Positions 12,780 through 26,024 of a DNA stretch of 64,000 nucleotides are shown here, one piece after another (positions within the stretch are counted from its first letter, which is position 1; every line of letters starts with the position of its first letter). The stretch spans positions 124,001 through 188,000 of the forward strand of contig JAYWIR010000044.1 in assembly GCA_036172245.1 (NCBI GenBank), written 5' to 3'. Origin of the DNA: Raillietiella orientalis (taxonomy: Eukaryota). A program made the position numbers and the translations under genes. Under the pieces are notes generated by a model. It saw nothing but the letters and a program-made list of their open reading frames with translations, was not told the origin of the DNA and did no database searches.

Positions 12780-13484
12780 GCGTCGCCGCCATCGGTCGAT
12801 AGCGCTCCCTTTCGGTGTCGCTCAGGGCGCGTATCCTCCGTGAGGAAGAGAACCTTTCGACCTTCGATCTGGATGCGAGGGTGGTCAGGATCAGCAGGTG
12901 CGAGGAGCGCGAATCCCTCCTGCACCTGTTTGTGGACTGTGTTGCCCTCAGACCTTTCTGGGAACACTTTGACGGACCCTAGGAGCCCCGGTAGGAACTC
13001 CAGAGTCGCCTTACGTCCCCTCCACCTACGCGGACGCACTTCGGCCAGCAGCTCCGCTAGCAGCTCCCTGCTGCCTACGCGGGATCGCCGCTGCATGGAG
13101 CGACGCGAGAAGAGGACACAGCGACAGGGGTGCCACATCCACTTCGCCGTCCGATTCATGAGGAGAGCAACAAGGTGGCTCTACTTGCACAGCAATATCC
13201 AGAAAGACCCTGCTGGCATCCTCCAAAGGACACCAACACCAGGACATGACCTCTTCCCGCACCCTCCAAATTTATTTATTTATTTTCCTTTTTGTTTCTT
13301 TTTTTCTTTTGTTTGCCCTCCTCCCCTCTGCTGCCGTGGTGGGCCTCACCGTTCTGCTTAGCGGTAACCCGTTAAATTGCTCATGGTTGGACTACCGGTC
13401 CAACCACAGGGACCACACGGTTGCTTATTTATCTATTTTTTTAAGGTATGAAAGAAACACCCTGGAGCACCCGGGTGACAATCC
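12780..13484 (+). mobile_element. 5'-truncated copy of the Tx1-like LINE (3' end)
   Basis: RCEERESLLHLFVDCVALRP zinc-finger remnant, T-rich tract, stem-loops and the terminal GCACCCGGGTGA shared with other copies. Confidence 0.8.
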
Positions 13485-13519
13485 TGCTCCCCACCCTTTC
13501 CTGGAGTCGTCCTCGTAGC

Positions 13520-13930
13520 ACACGATGCCGCCGAGCATCCTTAAACGTCTTCAAGGTGGCAGGAGTGCGGTCTGGCCGCCTGCTTTGCTTCCGACCGGAT
13601 GTGAGGCGCCGCGCTCACTCCGGAGGAGAGGAGATGGACCGCCGTTCTCCAGTGGTGCCCCTGCTGCTGGGATGCGAGAGACTCGCACGGCTTCTGAGGG
13701 CTTCGGTTCGACAAAGCATCGCACCGTGGGAAAGAAATTTACGCAGCCGAAGTCGCTGCTTCGGTAAAGAAGTCGTTGAGGAGCCCACGGCGCCCATATG
13801 GCACGCTGAGGCACAGGGCTGCCGCCGCAGGCGGGCTGTATGTTCACAGTGCTCTCGACGTGGTGAAATTTCTTGTCAATAAAGGTGTGCTGATGCTGAG
13901 ATTGCACATAAAGAATAGAGGAGTACCTCC
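13520..13930 (+). mobile_element. Possible piggyBac-like transposase C-terminal remnant
   Basis: RSAVWPPALL (RTxRWPxxxF-like) and a Cys-rich tail RRAVCSQC...C. Confidence 0.3.
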
Positions 13931-15359
13931 AGACTTGGCTATTCAAGTGAGTTATGATTTCAGATTACATTAGCAATAAATTAGTCAACCGTTTTAGTCG
14001 TTCGAGTGGAATTTGGTACTACAAAGTGGTTTGGTGCCGAAAACTGTTATGGTTTCGTGGAGCCAGAGGCTAAAGGAAGTGATGTTTCCTCACGTATCAG
14101 TAGGTTACAGTGTTCGGGAATGAGAAAGACCTGATTCAATCGGTGGAGAAAATAAGGGGGAGGGAACGGGAGGGAGAAAGAGCGAGCTGCGAAGCAAAAA
14201 GAAGGACGTGCTCGAGTGGAAACAGCACGCGTCTGCGTTTCCAGACGGACACGAAAGAGCGCTTGCGCCTTTCCTGGAACTCGGGTGCATTCAATTGCAC
14301 GGCACGCGAGGGGGGGGGGGGGGAAGCCTTGCAGGGACACTTTCGTTCCGGCTTCGTGCCATCTGCTTTGGAGCCGGTCTCCGCGGAAAGGGAAAGTCGA
14401 TGGCAGAACGGAAACCGGACAATCCCTCGAAGGGTCCGTGAAAACGAAGAGAAGAGCAGCCGTCGAAGATGTGAGTTGAACTGAAGCGACTACAAGATGC
14501 AGCATCCCAAACGCGAACGGAGGGGGAGGACATCCTCGGCGTTTTGTAATTTGAGAACTCCATTGGTTCGCCACGTGCTCTAGGATTTACGGCCGAAGAG
14601 GCAGGGAAGGACGGGATGCGTGGATCGCACCAGCGCGCATGCAGAGGGAGCACATCCCACCAGAAAGGAATTTAACCTGAAGGGCTGCGTTGCGGAGGGG
14701 AGTGCGCGTCAGCAGATTCCGGGATTCGCGTGCCTCTCGGAAGCAGAGAAACCCAGTGGCGATCTTCTTCGGTGTCGTTTATGGATTCGTGCGAACGCTG
14801 CAAACGTCACGGAGTATCACGTGTGCTTTGTGACCCGAGGTACGGGAGCAAGTGGATGAACCACTTGGACTCAACGTCATCCGCTTTCTCGGCAGATAAG
14901 CGACGAACTTCGTGGGGAGGGAGGCACTGGAATGCTCCAGAGAAAAGAAACTCCGTGAAGCTTGCCTGTCCCGTTCGGGTCTGCCGCTAGGAGCAAGGCA
15001 GGCAACCGTAGCTGAGGCTGGAAACTTTGAGACGCCGCGAAAGAAGCGATAGCTGGGAAGCCAAGGCAAGAACAGATCGCAAAGTGCTGGTGGTAATTTC
15101 GTACCCTTGGGTGGCACAAGCGACCGATGGTCTGAAGTGATTTCTTAATCGGAAAAATTAGCTTGCCGATGGCAACTGTCCACTTACCCTCCTAAGTTGC
15201 GATCAAATTCCACTCATGTCATGTGGAAGTGCATTTTCACCCATTAGATCATCCCCGTTTGGGCTGTGTTGGCAGCTGTTGTGGCTGCAGTCTTCGCACG
15301 TGGCACCAAGAGCTGCGGATTCGAATTCCCGTGAAGGATTGAAGTCTCCACTGTTTGTG

Positions 15360-15950
15360 GACAGCTCCACGCTTCCCCAGAAGTGTCAGGACCCGGCATC
15401 GGAGTTGTTGCACTGTGCGATCCCCATGAGACACACGAGTCTACCCCTAATCGAGGAGGAGTGTAGCCCCAGACTGTGCCAGCTGCAGGGAAAGGGAAAC
15501 CTTCCCGCACCTCCTGTTGGACCGTGTTGCTGTCCTCCTGGTTGCCTGGGAACGCTCCGCTGCAGCCCTCCCACTCCCGACGGGCAACGGCAGACAGCTT
15601 TCCCAGTGCCTGTTTACGCGCGACTGGATGTCGTCTGCAGCTTGCCTTGCAGCTCCGTGGCACCTTCGTGGGATCGTGGAGGCGAGAAGCCGCGCCGAAA
15701 GAGGTCAGTCGAATGACGAGATCATCGCAGTCGTCTGCTTCTTCGTGAGGAAGGCGACAAGGTGGCCGCATCTCTGCCAACAAAGCGAGGAAGTTGCCAG
15801 CATCCTACAGAGGATGCTGAGGACGTCGGAAAGAAATCCATGATCTCTTTTCTCTTTTGTACCCCCAAATTTTTAAACTGAACTTCCGTGTTTTGCTTTT
15901 TGTTTTTGTTTACCCCTTTCCCCCACTCCTCTACACCTCATCGGGGCAGC
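15360..15950 (+). mobile_element. Diverged 5'-truncated copy of the Tx1-like LINE
   Basis: LPQKCQ...CASCRERETFPHLL...ASILQRMLRT followed by a T-rich tract. Confidence 0.7.
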
Positions 15951-16029
15951 TGCTCACGAGAAGCAGCGCCTCCAAGGCATTTCCCTTCCTAGTGGTGATG
16001 TGAAGCCACTACGAAAGAAGACATTTTCA

Positions 16030-16300
16030 TGCCTTTGCTCCTTTCGGGAGCGACCTCCCGAGAGAATTCGGAAGCATCCCTCCGGAGTTCTCTTCGGAGG
16101 AGAGGTCCCCTTGCGGGGGCCCCCTTAGTACACAGCCTGGACGAGGGTTCTCTTTGGGAATACCCTACCAAGCGTAAGGGGAACGGACTACTTCCTCCGG
16201 AGCCTTTCTGGATTCATAGGTCCCCTCCAGGGCTAACCCCATAACTTGAACAGTTGATCCGCACACCTGGGGGGAGTGGACAGTGTTGAGGAACTTTCTG
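16030..16300 (+). mobile_element. tRNA-derived SINE, 3' part
   Basis: CCCTACCAAGCGTAAG...GATTCATA...GTGGACAGTGTT tail shared with 23000-23125. Confidence 0.7.
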
Positions 16301-17045
16301 GGATCCACACTAAGGAGGCGAAAGGTTCTTCAACACTTGGGAGGAAAGAAGAGATAACAGAAGATCCTCAAAAAGGTTTCCATCATCCTAGGCCATCCTG
16401 CCTCTTTGCTCGTGCCGCTCTGCCTCCAGTCGCGTCCCTCGCAGTTCTCTGCTGTCTTCGCGGGATCGTGACAGCCAGGAACGCGGAAAGAACAGGCCAG
16501 AATGGCAGGGACGGCATCCTGGCTTCTGATCTGGGCTCGGATCTTCCTAAGGACCGCCTCGAGATGACTCCACCTGGGCGCTGTGTGCATCTGCTACACC
16601 TCCAGGAACTTGCCGGCATTCTGGACAGGATGCAGAGGACGCCTGGCGGCGTACAGCCGGTTCATGCAAACGTGGTGGATTACGCATGGCCAGGACGAAG
16701 GCGTGGAAGAGGTGCAGGTGGATATGAGAAATGGGCGTAGGCATGAAGGACGAATCTGACGACCTTCTTTCTGGTTCCCTTGACAACTCCTTCTCCTCCC
16801 TTGGCGTACCGTTATCCCTTTCCTGGGTTGCCTCCCTTTCCCATGTAAATCCTTCCCTCCCTGGTTTGGCTTGTTTATTTCTGTTTTTTGTTTTCCTCTT
16901 CCCCACGCTGCCGAAGAGGAACTCGCCAGTCTGCGTACCGGTCTTCGGCAGGTTCATTGCGCGTGGTAGAACCAAGGGTTCTATCATACTTCTATGTATT
17001 TTTATTATGATAATTAATGCCCCGGCGCATTTGAACGATAATCAT
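16300..17045 (+). mobile_element. 3' fragment of the Tx1-like LINE, joined to a SINE tail
   Basis: AVLCCLRGIVTA...ELAGILDRMQRT; structured 3' UTR at 16908-16986; terminal AATGCCCCGGCGCA. Confidence 0.8.
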
Positions 17046-17049
17046 CCTA

Positions 17050-17700
17050 GGCTGAGAAGTTGAATGAATCCTGGTGCCCCCATGTAAAGCTCCATCTCAA
17101 CTACGTCCATGTCCACCGAACAGGCAGATCCTGGGTGCATTCCTTTCTGTTCGGATACCAACTGATTCAACATCGAAGTCGCAAACATCAGTCCGCACTC
17201 TCCATGGAGATCACTCTGCTGCAATCTTAGGTTACCTCTCCTAACAGTGTTCAGAGATGCGTGCTCCTTCGCTTTCCATCACCCAGTGGCGAAGATCCGT
17301 TCCTCGTCGCCGGCTCCAGACAACAGCGCTGGGAAATCTCATCTTCCCTTCCTCCTACACTCTAAGGACACATGGTTGGCTTTCGAGGGTCGTCCCGTCC
17401 CCTCAGTGATGTTTTCACCATAGCGTTCAATCCAACACGAAAGAACGCACTCTTTCATGCCACCAACGGAACAGATGGTTGAATTCGTGTGCCACGTCAC
17501 CACGGTCAGAATGCCGCAGCTGTTTATCAACTCTCAGGGCAGACGCTCACTCACAGGATGTCTATGAGGAGCATTTCGAGACAAAGTTTTGCCAGATTCT
17601 TCATCCGGCTCCCTTTGCCACAACTTTTCCGATTCTTGCTGAACGAAACATCATTCCACCTAATCGCCCTTTGATTCTATTTCACATACCTCATATCATG
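17050..17700 (-). mobile_element. Possible Copia pol remnant
   Basis: Frameshifted W..AM, KANHV, HWVM and ELYMGAPGF in the order expected for Copia RT. Confidence 0.3.
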
Positions 17701-19099
17701 AAAGTCGCCCACAGCTGAGTCTTGAAGCACTCGAATGACCAGGACGTGGATGCCCGTGTCCGACTGAGCACCTTCAGGAATGAACAGCCTCACGTCTACG
17801 TCGATTAATAACTAGGGACATAAATTCTCTGGCATTCTACTACTGAATCCACTCGCGGTCGCATCCATCCACTCATTGACATCCAAGTGTAGAAGATCAG
17901 CTTCTGTTCGGTTCCATTGTGATGCGAGAGACATCACCTTCTAATTACACCTTCCGTTGCGACCCATCCGATCTCCCAACGGGCGATTACACACCCGGGG
18001 CCTCCGTGCTGCGGACGTAGGCACCACTGCGACCCGGAGAGTTTCCCGCAAGGGAAAAGCAAAGCAAACAAACCGGGACATCAAGCCCGAGGCTGCAAAC
18101 GTCTAAGGAGGAAAGACCGAGTCACCGGTCTCAGGCCGGATACAAGGAAGGACAGGGAGGGAGTTAAGCATAAATAAATAAGTGGAAAAGCCAGGGAGGA
18201 GAGGGAGCCATTCGTTGCAGCGGTTACGTCTTCTGCATCCCGCCTGCGATGCATTCTCCTTCGCTCGTTGTTTCGGACGGCTGACGCCCTCGGCGTGCGC
18301 CCGGAGTCCCCGATGCTCGTGGCGCAAGATCGGCAGGCGGAAGGCGCACTTCGGGTGCAAGCGGAACCTCGGAGGCTCCTCAGGGCGAGTAAGGGAAGCC
18401 GCGTAGCGCTGCAGTCCGGAAGGGGAACGAACCCCAGCGAACGAAGAGCGGCGCGACTGTGCTGCCACCTGAGGCAGGCCTCCGCTAAGCTGTCCGTGCA
18501 CGTGGAGGTCCCTTTGGTGCTGCTGCTGCGGCTGGTCCGTCGCTCTCTCACCACGGAGCTTCAAGATCTTCCCTGCCGGTGGGCAGCTGTCTTCTCTTCC
18601 GCAGCGGAAGAGGGCAGCGCTGGGGCTGGTCTCCCTACCGACTGCTCGCCTGAGGGTGTCGCGCGCAGGTGGGCATCCATGCCATATCCGATTTCCGGCC
18701 ATCGATATGGACTTGTACCTCCATATTGAATAAGATGATGAGGACGCCTCCGGACCCAGCGTCCCTTCGTGGAGCAATGAGGCGTCTGAAGAGCCTCACA
18801 GTGCTTTCTGAGGAAGACCGTCCGTCTTACGCCCCTTTCCCACTCACCAATCGTAGGGTGGGACGGAAACGAACACAAAGGACTGGAGGAAGGGGTGAAG
18901 GACGGAGTCCTGTCCCCAGACAGAGTCCTGTCTCCGACAAGAAAAAGTCGCCATCTTGGAACGGGGACCAGCGTCATCTTTGTTTCCGGAATGGGCACAC
19001 AGCCCTTGGGAATGCCCCAAGTCGTCCAGCCCACTCCGAATCGATAGGAACACCTTTGACTTCTCTCTGCTGATGAGCACACCCGCCCGTTCTGCAGAG

Positions 19100-19600
19100 A
19101 AGCCCTGAAGCGATGCCGCCGGGGTGGACATGGGCAGCAGGAGAAAGGTGGTCATCATCGGCATACTCCCCCAAGACCGGCGCACAGGCACACGAACTTG
19201 GCAAGGTCACCAGGAGTGTCACCAGATGCTGCACGCAAGGGTGGCTCAAGATGCCACCCTGTTCGACCCCTCCTCCTCTCCGCAGTGGCACCACGCTATA
19301 CACGTTGCGATCTCTGGAAGCAGTGTGCATTTGTGCATCGCGCCAAGGCGAGCGCGGGCGCCGCGTCGCATGAGCTCGAAAATGTTCGACTGGCTTCCGC
19401 AGTCGCACATTCCTCGGAAGTCGTCTGGTCCCCTGGAGCTTGTGCACCAGGGAGTAACAACTCTGCTGCGGGATGCTGGAAAAAATCCCGCCCCAGAAAG
19501 TCCGTCCTCCTTCGATGCTTCGAGCTTCCCGACGGCACAGGCGACGTCCACCATCGAAAGGGGAAGGCGCGCACGGAGCTGCTCCACCGCAAGTTCAGGA
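19100..19600 (-). mobile_element. Reverse transcriptase remnant (L2/CR1/Jockey-type LINE)
   Basis: DG...GFFP...VVTP...FR...SNIFE...RL and LP...YADD remnants on the minus strand. Confidence 0.55.
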
Positions 19601-19929
19601 TGGCCGGGTCAGTCTTCCGGTGGTCCCCTCCCCCACATCCATCGGGCTCTGTGGGTACGGGGGGTCGTCCACAGCTGGGCGTGACCGACCAAACCGTGCA
19701 TTCCGAGCCCGCCGGTGGGCGCGCGTGCGCCGGCGCCCAGCCGACCGGCTTCCGTCGACTCTTCCCTCCCCTCTGGATCATCCTACAGAGGCAGAGGAGG
19801 ATTCAGGTCTCTTTCTGCCAGACGTGCGACGTCGGGACCAACGGCGGAAAGCCACCGGCTCCCCGAGCGCGCCGAAGAACCCGAGTCATCTCGGTGCGCG
19901 CTCGCTGCGGTCACGGCGGCGCACGCCCA

Positions 19930-20230
19930 AAGACAACTCGGGTTCCGTAACTGCCCGTTCTTCAAGTCATATGGGGCGAGCCCACAGAGGCCACCTAATC
20001 CCGAGCCCCCAACGGGGCATCCAAGGGTCTGGCTTCCACCAGTGGCACACCCGAATATGCCAACCAGAGTCATCTTGCGGGGAAAACTCGGAACCCATGA
20101 CGCACTCCATTTCTCTGAAGTCGATCCTTTCCTGGGCGGAATTTAAACCCGCAACGGTCGGTGGCGCGCAACAGTCACGTGGTGCCGCCAATGCGAGCCA
20201 ACATCCACGACGACGGGATCGATCGCGTGG
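19930..20230 (-). mobile_element. tRNA-derived SINE, 5' half
   Basis: Minus strand GTTGCGGGTTTAAATTCC...GTGCGTCATGGGTTCCGAG...CGCAAGATGAC matches other copies. Confidence 0.7.
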
Positions 20231-21289
20231 AACCGATGTCAGCGAAACGGTCACGTTTCGATACCCCAGGAGCCACGATATCAGCACAGGTGACCCTGGT
20301 CATGTCTCGATCTTTTCCTCCGCGGAAATCTTGTGGTCACCCTGGAGGGGAACGACGCCGAAGCGGCACAGGAAGAGTCCAGCGATCCGCGAGGAGGGCA
20401 AATGCCTGCCTCTGGAAGCAGTGAGGCGTCTGCGGGATCTGCCCCCTCCTCGCAGGGATGCGTTCCACCCTCCGGGCTTTAGCCTCACGCGCTCTCGCAC
20501 CTTGAAGACCATAGAGGAGGGCATCTTCCATCCCCAACCCTGGAGCCGGAAATCGTCCAGAGGGCGTGCCCCGGGGATTGTTCGGGAGAGAAGTCTTCTG
20601 AACAGTGATCACTTTTCCCATGAGCTTCCAGGACCTCGCTGACCCTGGAGAGGGCAGCAGCGGCGTCGCCGCTTTCCACGGCAGAGGTCGCGCCGCGCAT
20701 CGCCGAATCGATCGCCGAGTGGACCGCGTGCGCCGACCACGTCGATCGAGGCGAGGCACTCAAGCGTCTCCCGGCGCGATCACGTGCTCTCCTTCCTTCC
20801 TGGCATGCCGTCTTAGGGGTCTTCCCGTCTTTTTTCCTTTCTTGTCTAGGTCGGTACCTGACCTCATGTGAAAAAATGAAGGCTTCCTCACGTTTTGCTC
20901 TTGCCCTCAGGCCACGGGCTGCGGAGTGTTCCGCGCCGATCTGCGGCTCGGCAGAGCTCCGCACAGTCCCCCCGCGTGCAAGGAATGCGCCGGGCTTGGT
21001 CCAGATCGCTCATGTGCATGTCTTTCGGAGGGCTCCGTCCTTGGTCATTCGGCAGGACCATCGCTGAGCGGTCCGCCGTTGCTGAATGCTTCGGCGGCCG
21101 TTGGGCGTGGTCTGCTTCCTCGCCGGTTCAGCTCGGAGCTCTTTGAGCCCCTGGGTGAGTGGGCGCTTAGTCGACGCTGGGGGAAGTCCTGCCTCGAGCG
21201 GAAGGACCCATGGGGGACCGCGATCCGTGTAAATCCCGGGTTTCTTCCTTACTGTCCCATCAACGGACTCTTCAGCTGCGGACTGGAGC

Positions 21290-22120
21290 TCCAGCGAGTG
21301 ATCACTCTGACCAGGACTAACAAGTGGTTCTCCTGCTGGCCCGCGAACGGTAGCGCCTGGTTGCAGGAAACTCTTCGCTGCTGGGGATCCTACAGGAAGA
21401 GCTCGAGTGGCCTCCAGCGCTGAAAAACAACTGAATCCTCCCTGAAGTGGCAAGAGTCGGCACTTCTGTTGTACTGGGTTCTCCCTTGCGATTCCCGTCG
21501 CTCTTACTGGATCCGGAAAGTTGTGAACCCAAACTGCTGTGAGGAACGGGAATTCTAGCTCCCGCATCTGCTCGTGGACAGTATTGCTCTCCGTCCCCTG
21601 TGGTCGCGTTACGCCAGGGCCCTTGGTGCACCGACGGACATCTCAGGGACGTGATCAAGCGCATCTTCGTGCGCGACGCCCTTGCGCCTGCGGCATGCTT
21701 ATTAGCTCTTTGCTGCCTACGAGGGACTGTGGCGTCCTGGAGCTACTCGAGAGGAGGACGGCGCGACGGGGACGCCATCGGCTTCTCCCTGAGCTTCCTG
21801 CGGACGGCAGCTAGATGGCCCACCTGGAGCATACTTGGATGGGACTTGCCGGCATCCTGGAAAATATGCAGAGGACGCTCTCCAGCTCCTGCTGATCCCT
21901 TCTGTAACCCTTCCAATTATTTTTGAATGTCTTTTTTTTTGTTTCATTTTTAATTTGGTTTGCTCTCTCCCTCCGCTGCCAAGGCGAACCTAGCCGGCTT
22001 GCGTGTCGGTTACTAGGCAGGGTCCCAACATTTTCGGACGTTGTAGGGTCAATGGTCCTACACATGTGTGTTTATTTTTTATGATGGATGTCCCGGCATG
22101 ATCGGGTGATAAACCAACAG
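21290..22120 (+). mobile_element. 5'-truncated copy of the Tx1-like LINE
   Basis: RDVIKRIFVRDALAPAACLLALCCLRGTVASWSY nearly matches the 3627-3974 translation; same 3' UTR. Confidence 0.85.
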
Positions 22121-22449
22121 ACTTTTCCTCTCGCCGCCGGGATATCCACTCCACCGTCGCCACAGCTCCTGACGAGATGAGGCTGCCGCTCTTTCTCGCT
22201 GCGGATCCGCAGCGGCTCTTTCGCTGCTGCCCCAGCAACCGGAAGGGACCGGCCTCCTCTTCCCTTGGAACACAAAGCGCGCTCTTCCGGCCGCAGCCGA
22301 AGAGCCTTCCCCCCTCCCCCCCCGTTGAACGCGTAAGGAACTGTTCCGGGACGATCCGCACCCACACCTGCATGTAGACCGCGAGTTCCTTCCGCTGGAG
22401 CGGTCAGCGCCGGAAGACGGCAGCCCCTCCGCCTGACCGGACTGTTGTC

Positions 22450-23130
22450 CCTCCGCAGCGTGCGCGTGGCAGCAGATCCTCCCCCGGGCAGCAAATCCCA
22501 CCCGGGGGAGGATCGATACCGAGAGTTGGGTGGTGCGTCGTGGGTTCCGAATTCACCCGCAAGATGACGATGGTTGGCCTTGTGGGCTTCGAGTGAGGCG
22601 TTGGTGGAAAGCCCCGCTGGTTGGCCGGGATTGAAAGATGCCCCTCCGAGGTCGCTCCTGGAATCAAGGAGCTCTTCGGTGTTCCCTCTAAGGTTGTGAA
22701 AACGGAGCCGTAGTGTGGGGCTGGTTGACACCTTCTCGGGGTAGCAAGCAGCCTCTCCAGAGTGTAAGAAGAAAGGAGTGTAAGAAGTAACACCTCACCT
22801 CTCCAGCGTGTAAGAAGTGGGTTACTCACCTCGGAGAGAACTTTCCATAGAAAGTTTCGGGGTTCCCTTCAGAGGAGAAATCAAGGAGCGATTCTTTGCG
22901 GGTTCCCTCCGGACAAGAGGCGAGGAGTGGTCGGTCCCCTACGGGTAGTCTCTCCGGAGAGAATGAGGAAGACAATCAGGGTGGGGATTCCCTTCGGGGT
23001 TTCCTCCCTACCAAGCGTAAGAGGAATGGGCCCTTTCTAGATTCATAAGGCGGATCCCTCTTAGGCTGCCCCTTACAATTTGAAGAGGCTACACACAACC
23101 TCGGATGGTGTGGACAGTGTTAAAGAGATT
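22450..23130 (+). mobile_element. tRNA-derived SINE, near full length
   Basis: Family core GGTGCGTCGTGGGTTCCGAA...GCAAGATGACG, internal GGTTCCCTCCGGA-type repeats, and a 3' hairpin plus GGACAGTGTTAAAGAG. Confidence 0.75.
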
Positions 23131-23259
23131 TGCAAGTCCCTAACCCCTCTTTCTGAAGAGACAAGCTGGTACTTCATCACCCGTTAAACCAAAAAATGAA
23201 AGGAAAAAAAGTTGAGAGGGAAGCAGCGAAACAGTAAAAGAAAAACCCAAGAGTACTTC

Positions 23260-24680
23260 CATCGTCCTGGCCCATCCTGCCCGCCCTTCCTTCTGCACCA
23301 GAAAGGGTGCTGTTCGCATCCTGAGCTTTCCGTGGCCAGAGCCGATGGCTTTTGGTTTCGTTCGTCCAAGAGGCATGGGATCCCAGACCTCCTGGTTTAT
23401 TCCTCGTCCATCACGGCGCTTTGAGTCGGAGGGGAGCTCTCTGCTAGGAGGGCGCTGCTGTCGTGGACTTCCTCTCCGAGCTTCAGGATCTTTGTGAGCG
23501 GAGAGACGGCGGCAAAACTTTTTCCCGAGAGAGGAAAGTGGGACCGGGATGGAAGCGCTGTCGCAGGCTGCCGACCACGTGGATGTGCGACACATCCTGA
23601 ATCCCCACCGGTTGGGAACAGTGGCCTTGCTCACCCCGCAGAGCCTACTCGAAGCTGGTCAACAACTTGCGTGGCTCCTGATGTCGGCGCTCATAAACAA
23701 ACATGGAGAATGGGGGCAGCGTCGAGAAGGAAGCAAAAACCGGTGGCGAAACTTCGCTTCAAGGTGGTGCCTCGAAGCAAAGAACCGTGAGGAGAGCTGA
23801 TCATGGTCATCCCGTACTTTGTAACGGTACCCAGGGAGACCTGGAAGTGGATATTCCAGAGGCCAGCAGTGGTCATCCGCGACTGTGGGCAGTTTCGCTA
23901 TGCTCAAGATATGAGGGGGGGAGATACACCTGCAGGATGCGAGAGCTTTGGAAGCATCAGGCATGCAACGCCTGGATCCTGTCAACCAAAGCCAACATTC
24001 AACGTAACGAAGGACAACTACCGGGATAACGACTCCTCTCCACGGGTGCCAACCGCTACGGGACCTGGACGGTGAACCTGCGAGCGGTTGGAACTGCAGT
24101 CTTCAGGAGCGACCTGCCACCAGGCACTCAGGACGACCTCCTGTTTTACCACGGAGGCATCCCGAGTGGGAGCAGGACAAGACACTGGACTAGGAACAAC
24201 GACGAAGAAATCTGCAAGGGCGTGTGGCAGCTTTACGACCTCACTCTCCCGACGCTGCGCTAGGGCTGGAGCACACTGAAGGCGATGATTGGCTTGTAGA
24301 GGACAACAGGAGTGCAGATTTTAGGGGAATGGTCCATGGGAACGCGAATGTTCCGCGGTACAATCAACCCCATGGTTCGGACCGCCATCGCTCTCTTCCA
24401 TCACGAGTGTCGTGATAAGAAGGGCAAAGATGAGAAACACGGGAACTACAGCTCCCTCCATCAGAATGTTGAAGGGACTGATCGAAGGAGAGATAGGATC
24501 AGGAACCGCGTCAGGATACCCGCTCGGACATTCCGCTACGTCTTGAAGAGATAGCGGACGTTGCTCAAGCGAGCGTACTGCCCTCCGGCCCCTGTATCCC
24601 TATCGAAATTTCGGATCAAGGGTGTGAATGAGTATGCCTAAATGAATAGGAATTTTGTCTTTAAATAAATCCACCCAACA
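23260..24680 (+). mobile_element. Decayed L1-clade ORF2 3' half from a different family
   Basis: RILSFPW...HGIPDL (GGLGIPDL-like), then a degenerate zinc finger (..DDLLFY) and VWQLYDLTLPTL.GWSTLKAMIGL; AATAAA near 24665. Confidence 0.55.
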
Positions 24681-25019
24681 GCTTGCCGGATATGGGAAAA
24701 ACGAAACTTCCTTTTGGCGCCCTGGAAGTTCCCAATCTTTGAAGTTCTCGGATGGGGAAGTCACGCACGGAGCTGTGAAGGACATCCCTCTCTTTCGGGT
24801 GTCTACATCAGTCTCCTGGTAGCCGCCGGATGCCTCTCCTCAAGCAAAGCCAACTCCAGCTGGTCCATGGGATCAAGTGCGGTGCGAGGCAAAAGAAAAT
24901 CTAGCGTTCCATGCATTAAAAGAGCGAAAAATATTCAAACGAAAATAAAAAAACGTCTGTAATTTCGCGACCCTAGTAGCCTGGAGCCACTAGGCAATGC
25001 CTACATTCGCCTAATGGTA

Positions 25020-25900
25020 ACCCCGGCCTTACCTGCAATGAAACTTCAACTACCTCTGCGACCGACCGGCGAGCACAGGAGGTCGCTCAAAAGGACGGTC
25101 AGCAGAGCCATCCATCCTCGTCAACTTTGCTGACGAGGACGGAAGGCGTTCATCCGATGGCAGGAGCCACCCACTATCAGATGTGCCACCTCGGGACCAG
25201 GGACGACGACCCACTTCTAAGAGAGAAAGGGAAGAGGGGATGAAGGCGTCGACGAATGGATCACCCAGCATCAAAAAATGACGAAACGGGATGGACGTCG
25301 GGCGACATGCAGGAGAGGCAGAGGGGTTACGGAGGCAGCCATCGCGAAACAGCAGGAACGCCAAAAACAGCGACGCGCGAGCTGCTTTCCCGTTAACGGC
25401 AGGTACTCTCGGGACCTTGGGCAGGCCCCTGCAGTACAGATGCAGTTGGTCAAAGCCGAAGACGGGAGAACGACACGAGATGGAAACAACTGATTACCTC
25501 TCTATTGGATTCGGATTTGCCTCGGATTAACGGCGAAGGCATCGGGAGTCTGCAAGCAGCGGACGATGCTGTCAGTAAACCAGAAAATAAAGAAAGGCGC
25601 AATCTGCGGATCAGGGAGGTCCATAACCATCTGCTTCTTTCATCAAGTACTTTCATGCTTCCCGAAGAAATGCACAGAGTTGCGTCTATGACGGATATAG
25701 CGAAGTGGGCACGACGGAGATGAAAATCAGGAAAAGCTCATCACGGGACAGCTTCCGCACTAATACTTCGATAATAATTACGAAGAAGAGAAGATGATTG
25801 AGGCCAAAGGAGAAAAATTGCCGATGCAGATTTCTTCGTAGCTTCTGTATTAGCAAGAGGAGGTTCCCTGCGTTTGAGCTATCCCGAGACTTCAGAGAAA
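25020..25900 (+). mobile_element. RTE-like LINE reverse transcriptase remnant
   Basis: RINGEGIGSLQAADDAV (INGxxIxxLxFADD-like) and downstream RRKIADADF (RRIxxAxxxF-like). Confidence 0.5.
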
Positions 25901-26024
25901 GGAGGAGGTGGGGAAGAGAGGTCCCGTGGCAAACATGAGTCAACGAACATGGCGACTACCTACGGCGAACTGGCGGAGGTGCACTCAGTTCAGCGTTATT
26001 TCTCCAGGACCAAATCACTAATCT

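Noticed and set aside
19473..20642. 389 aa ORF
   Set aside because: Runs across an antisense RT remnant and a SINE; no protein-like signal.
22753..22832. Short GTGTAAGAAG repeats as a CRISPR-like array
   Set aside because: Only three irregular units from a local tandem duplication inside a SINE; no unique spacers or cas genes, and the context is eukaryotic.
23090..23130. SINE tail derived from the Tx1-like LINE 3' end
   Set aside because: Both have a CACC/GGTG-type hairpin, but the similarity is too short to support a shared origin.
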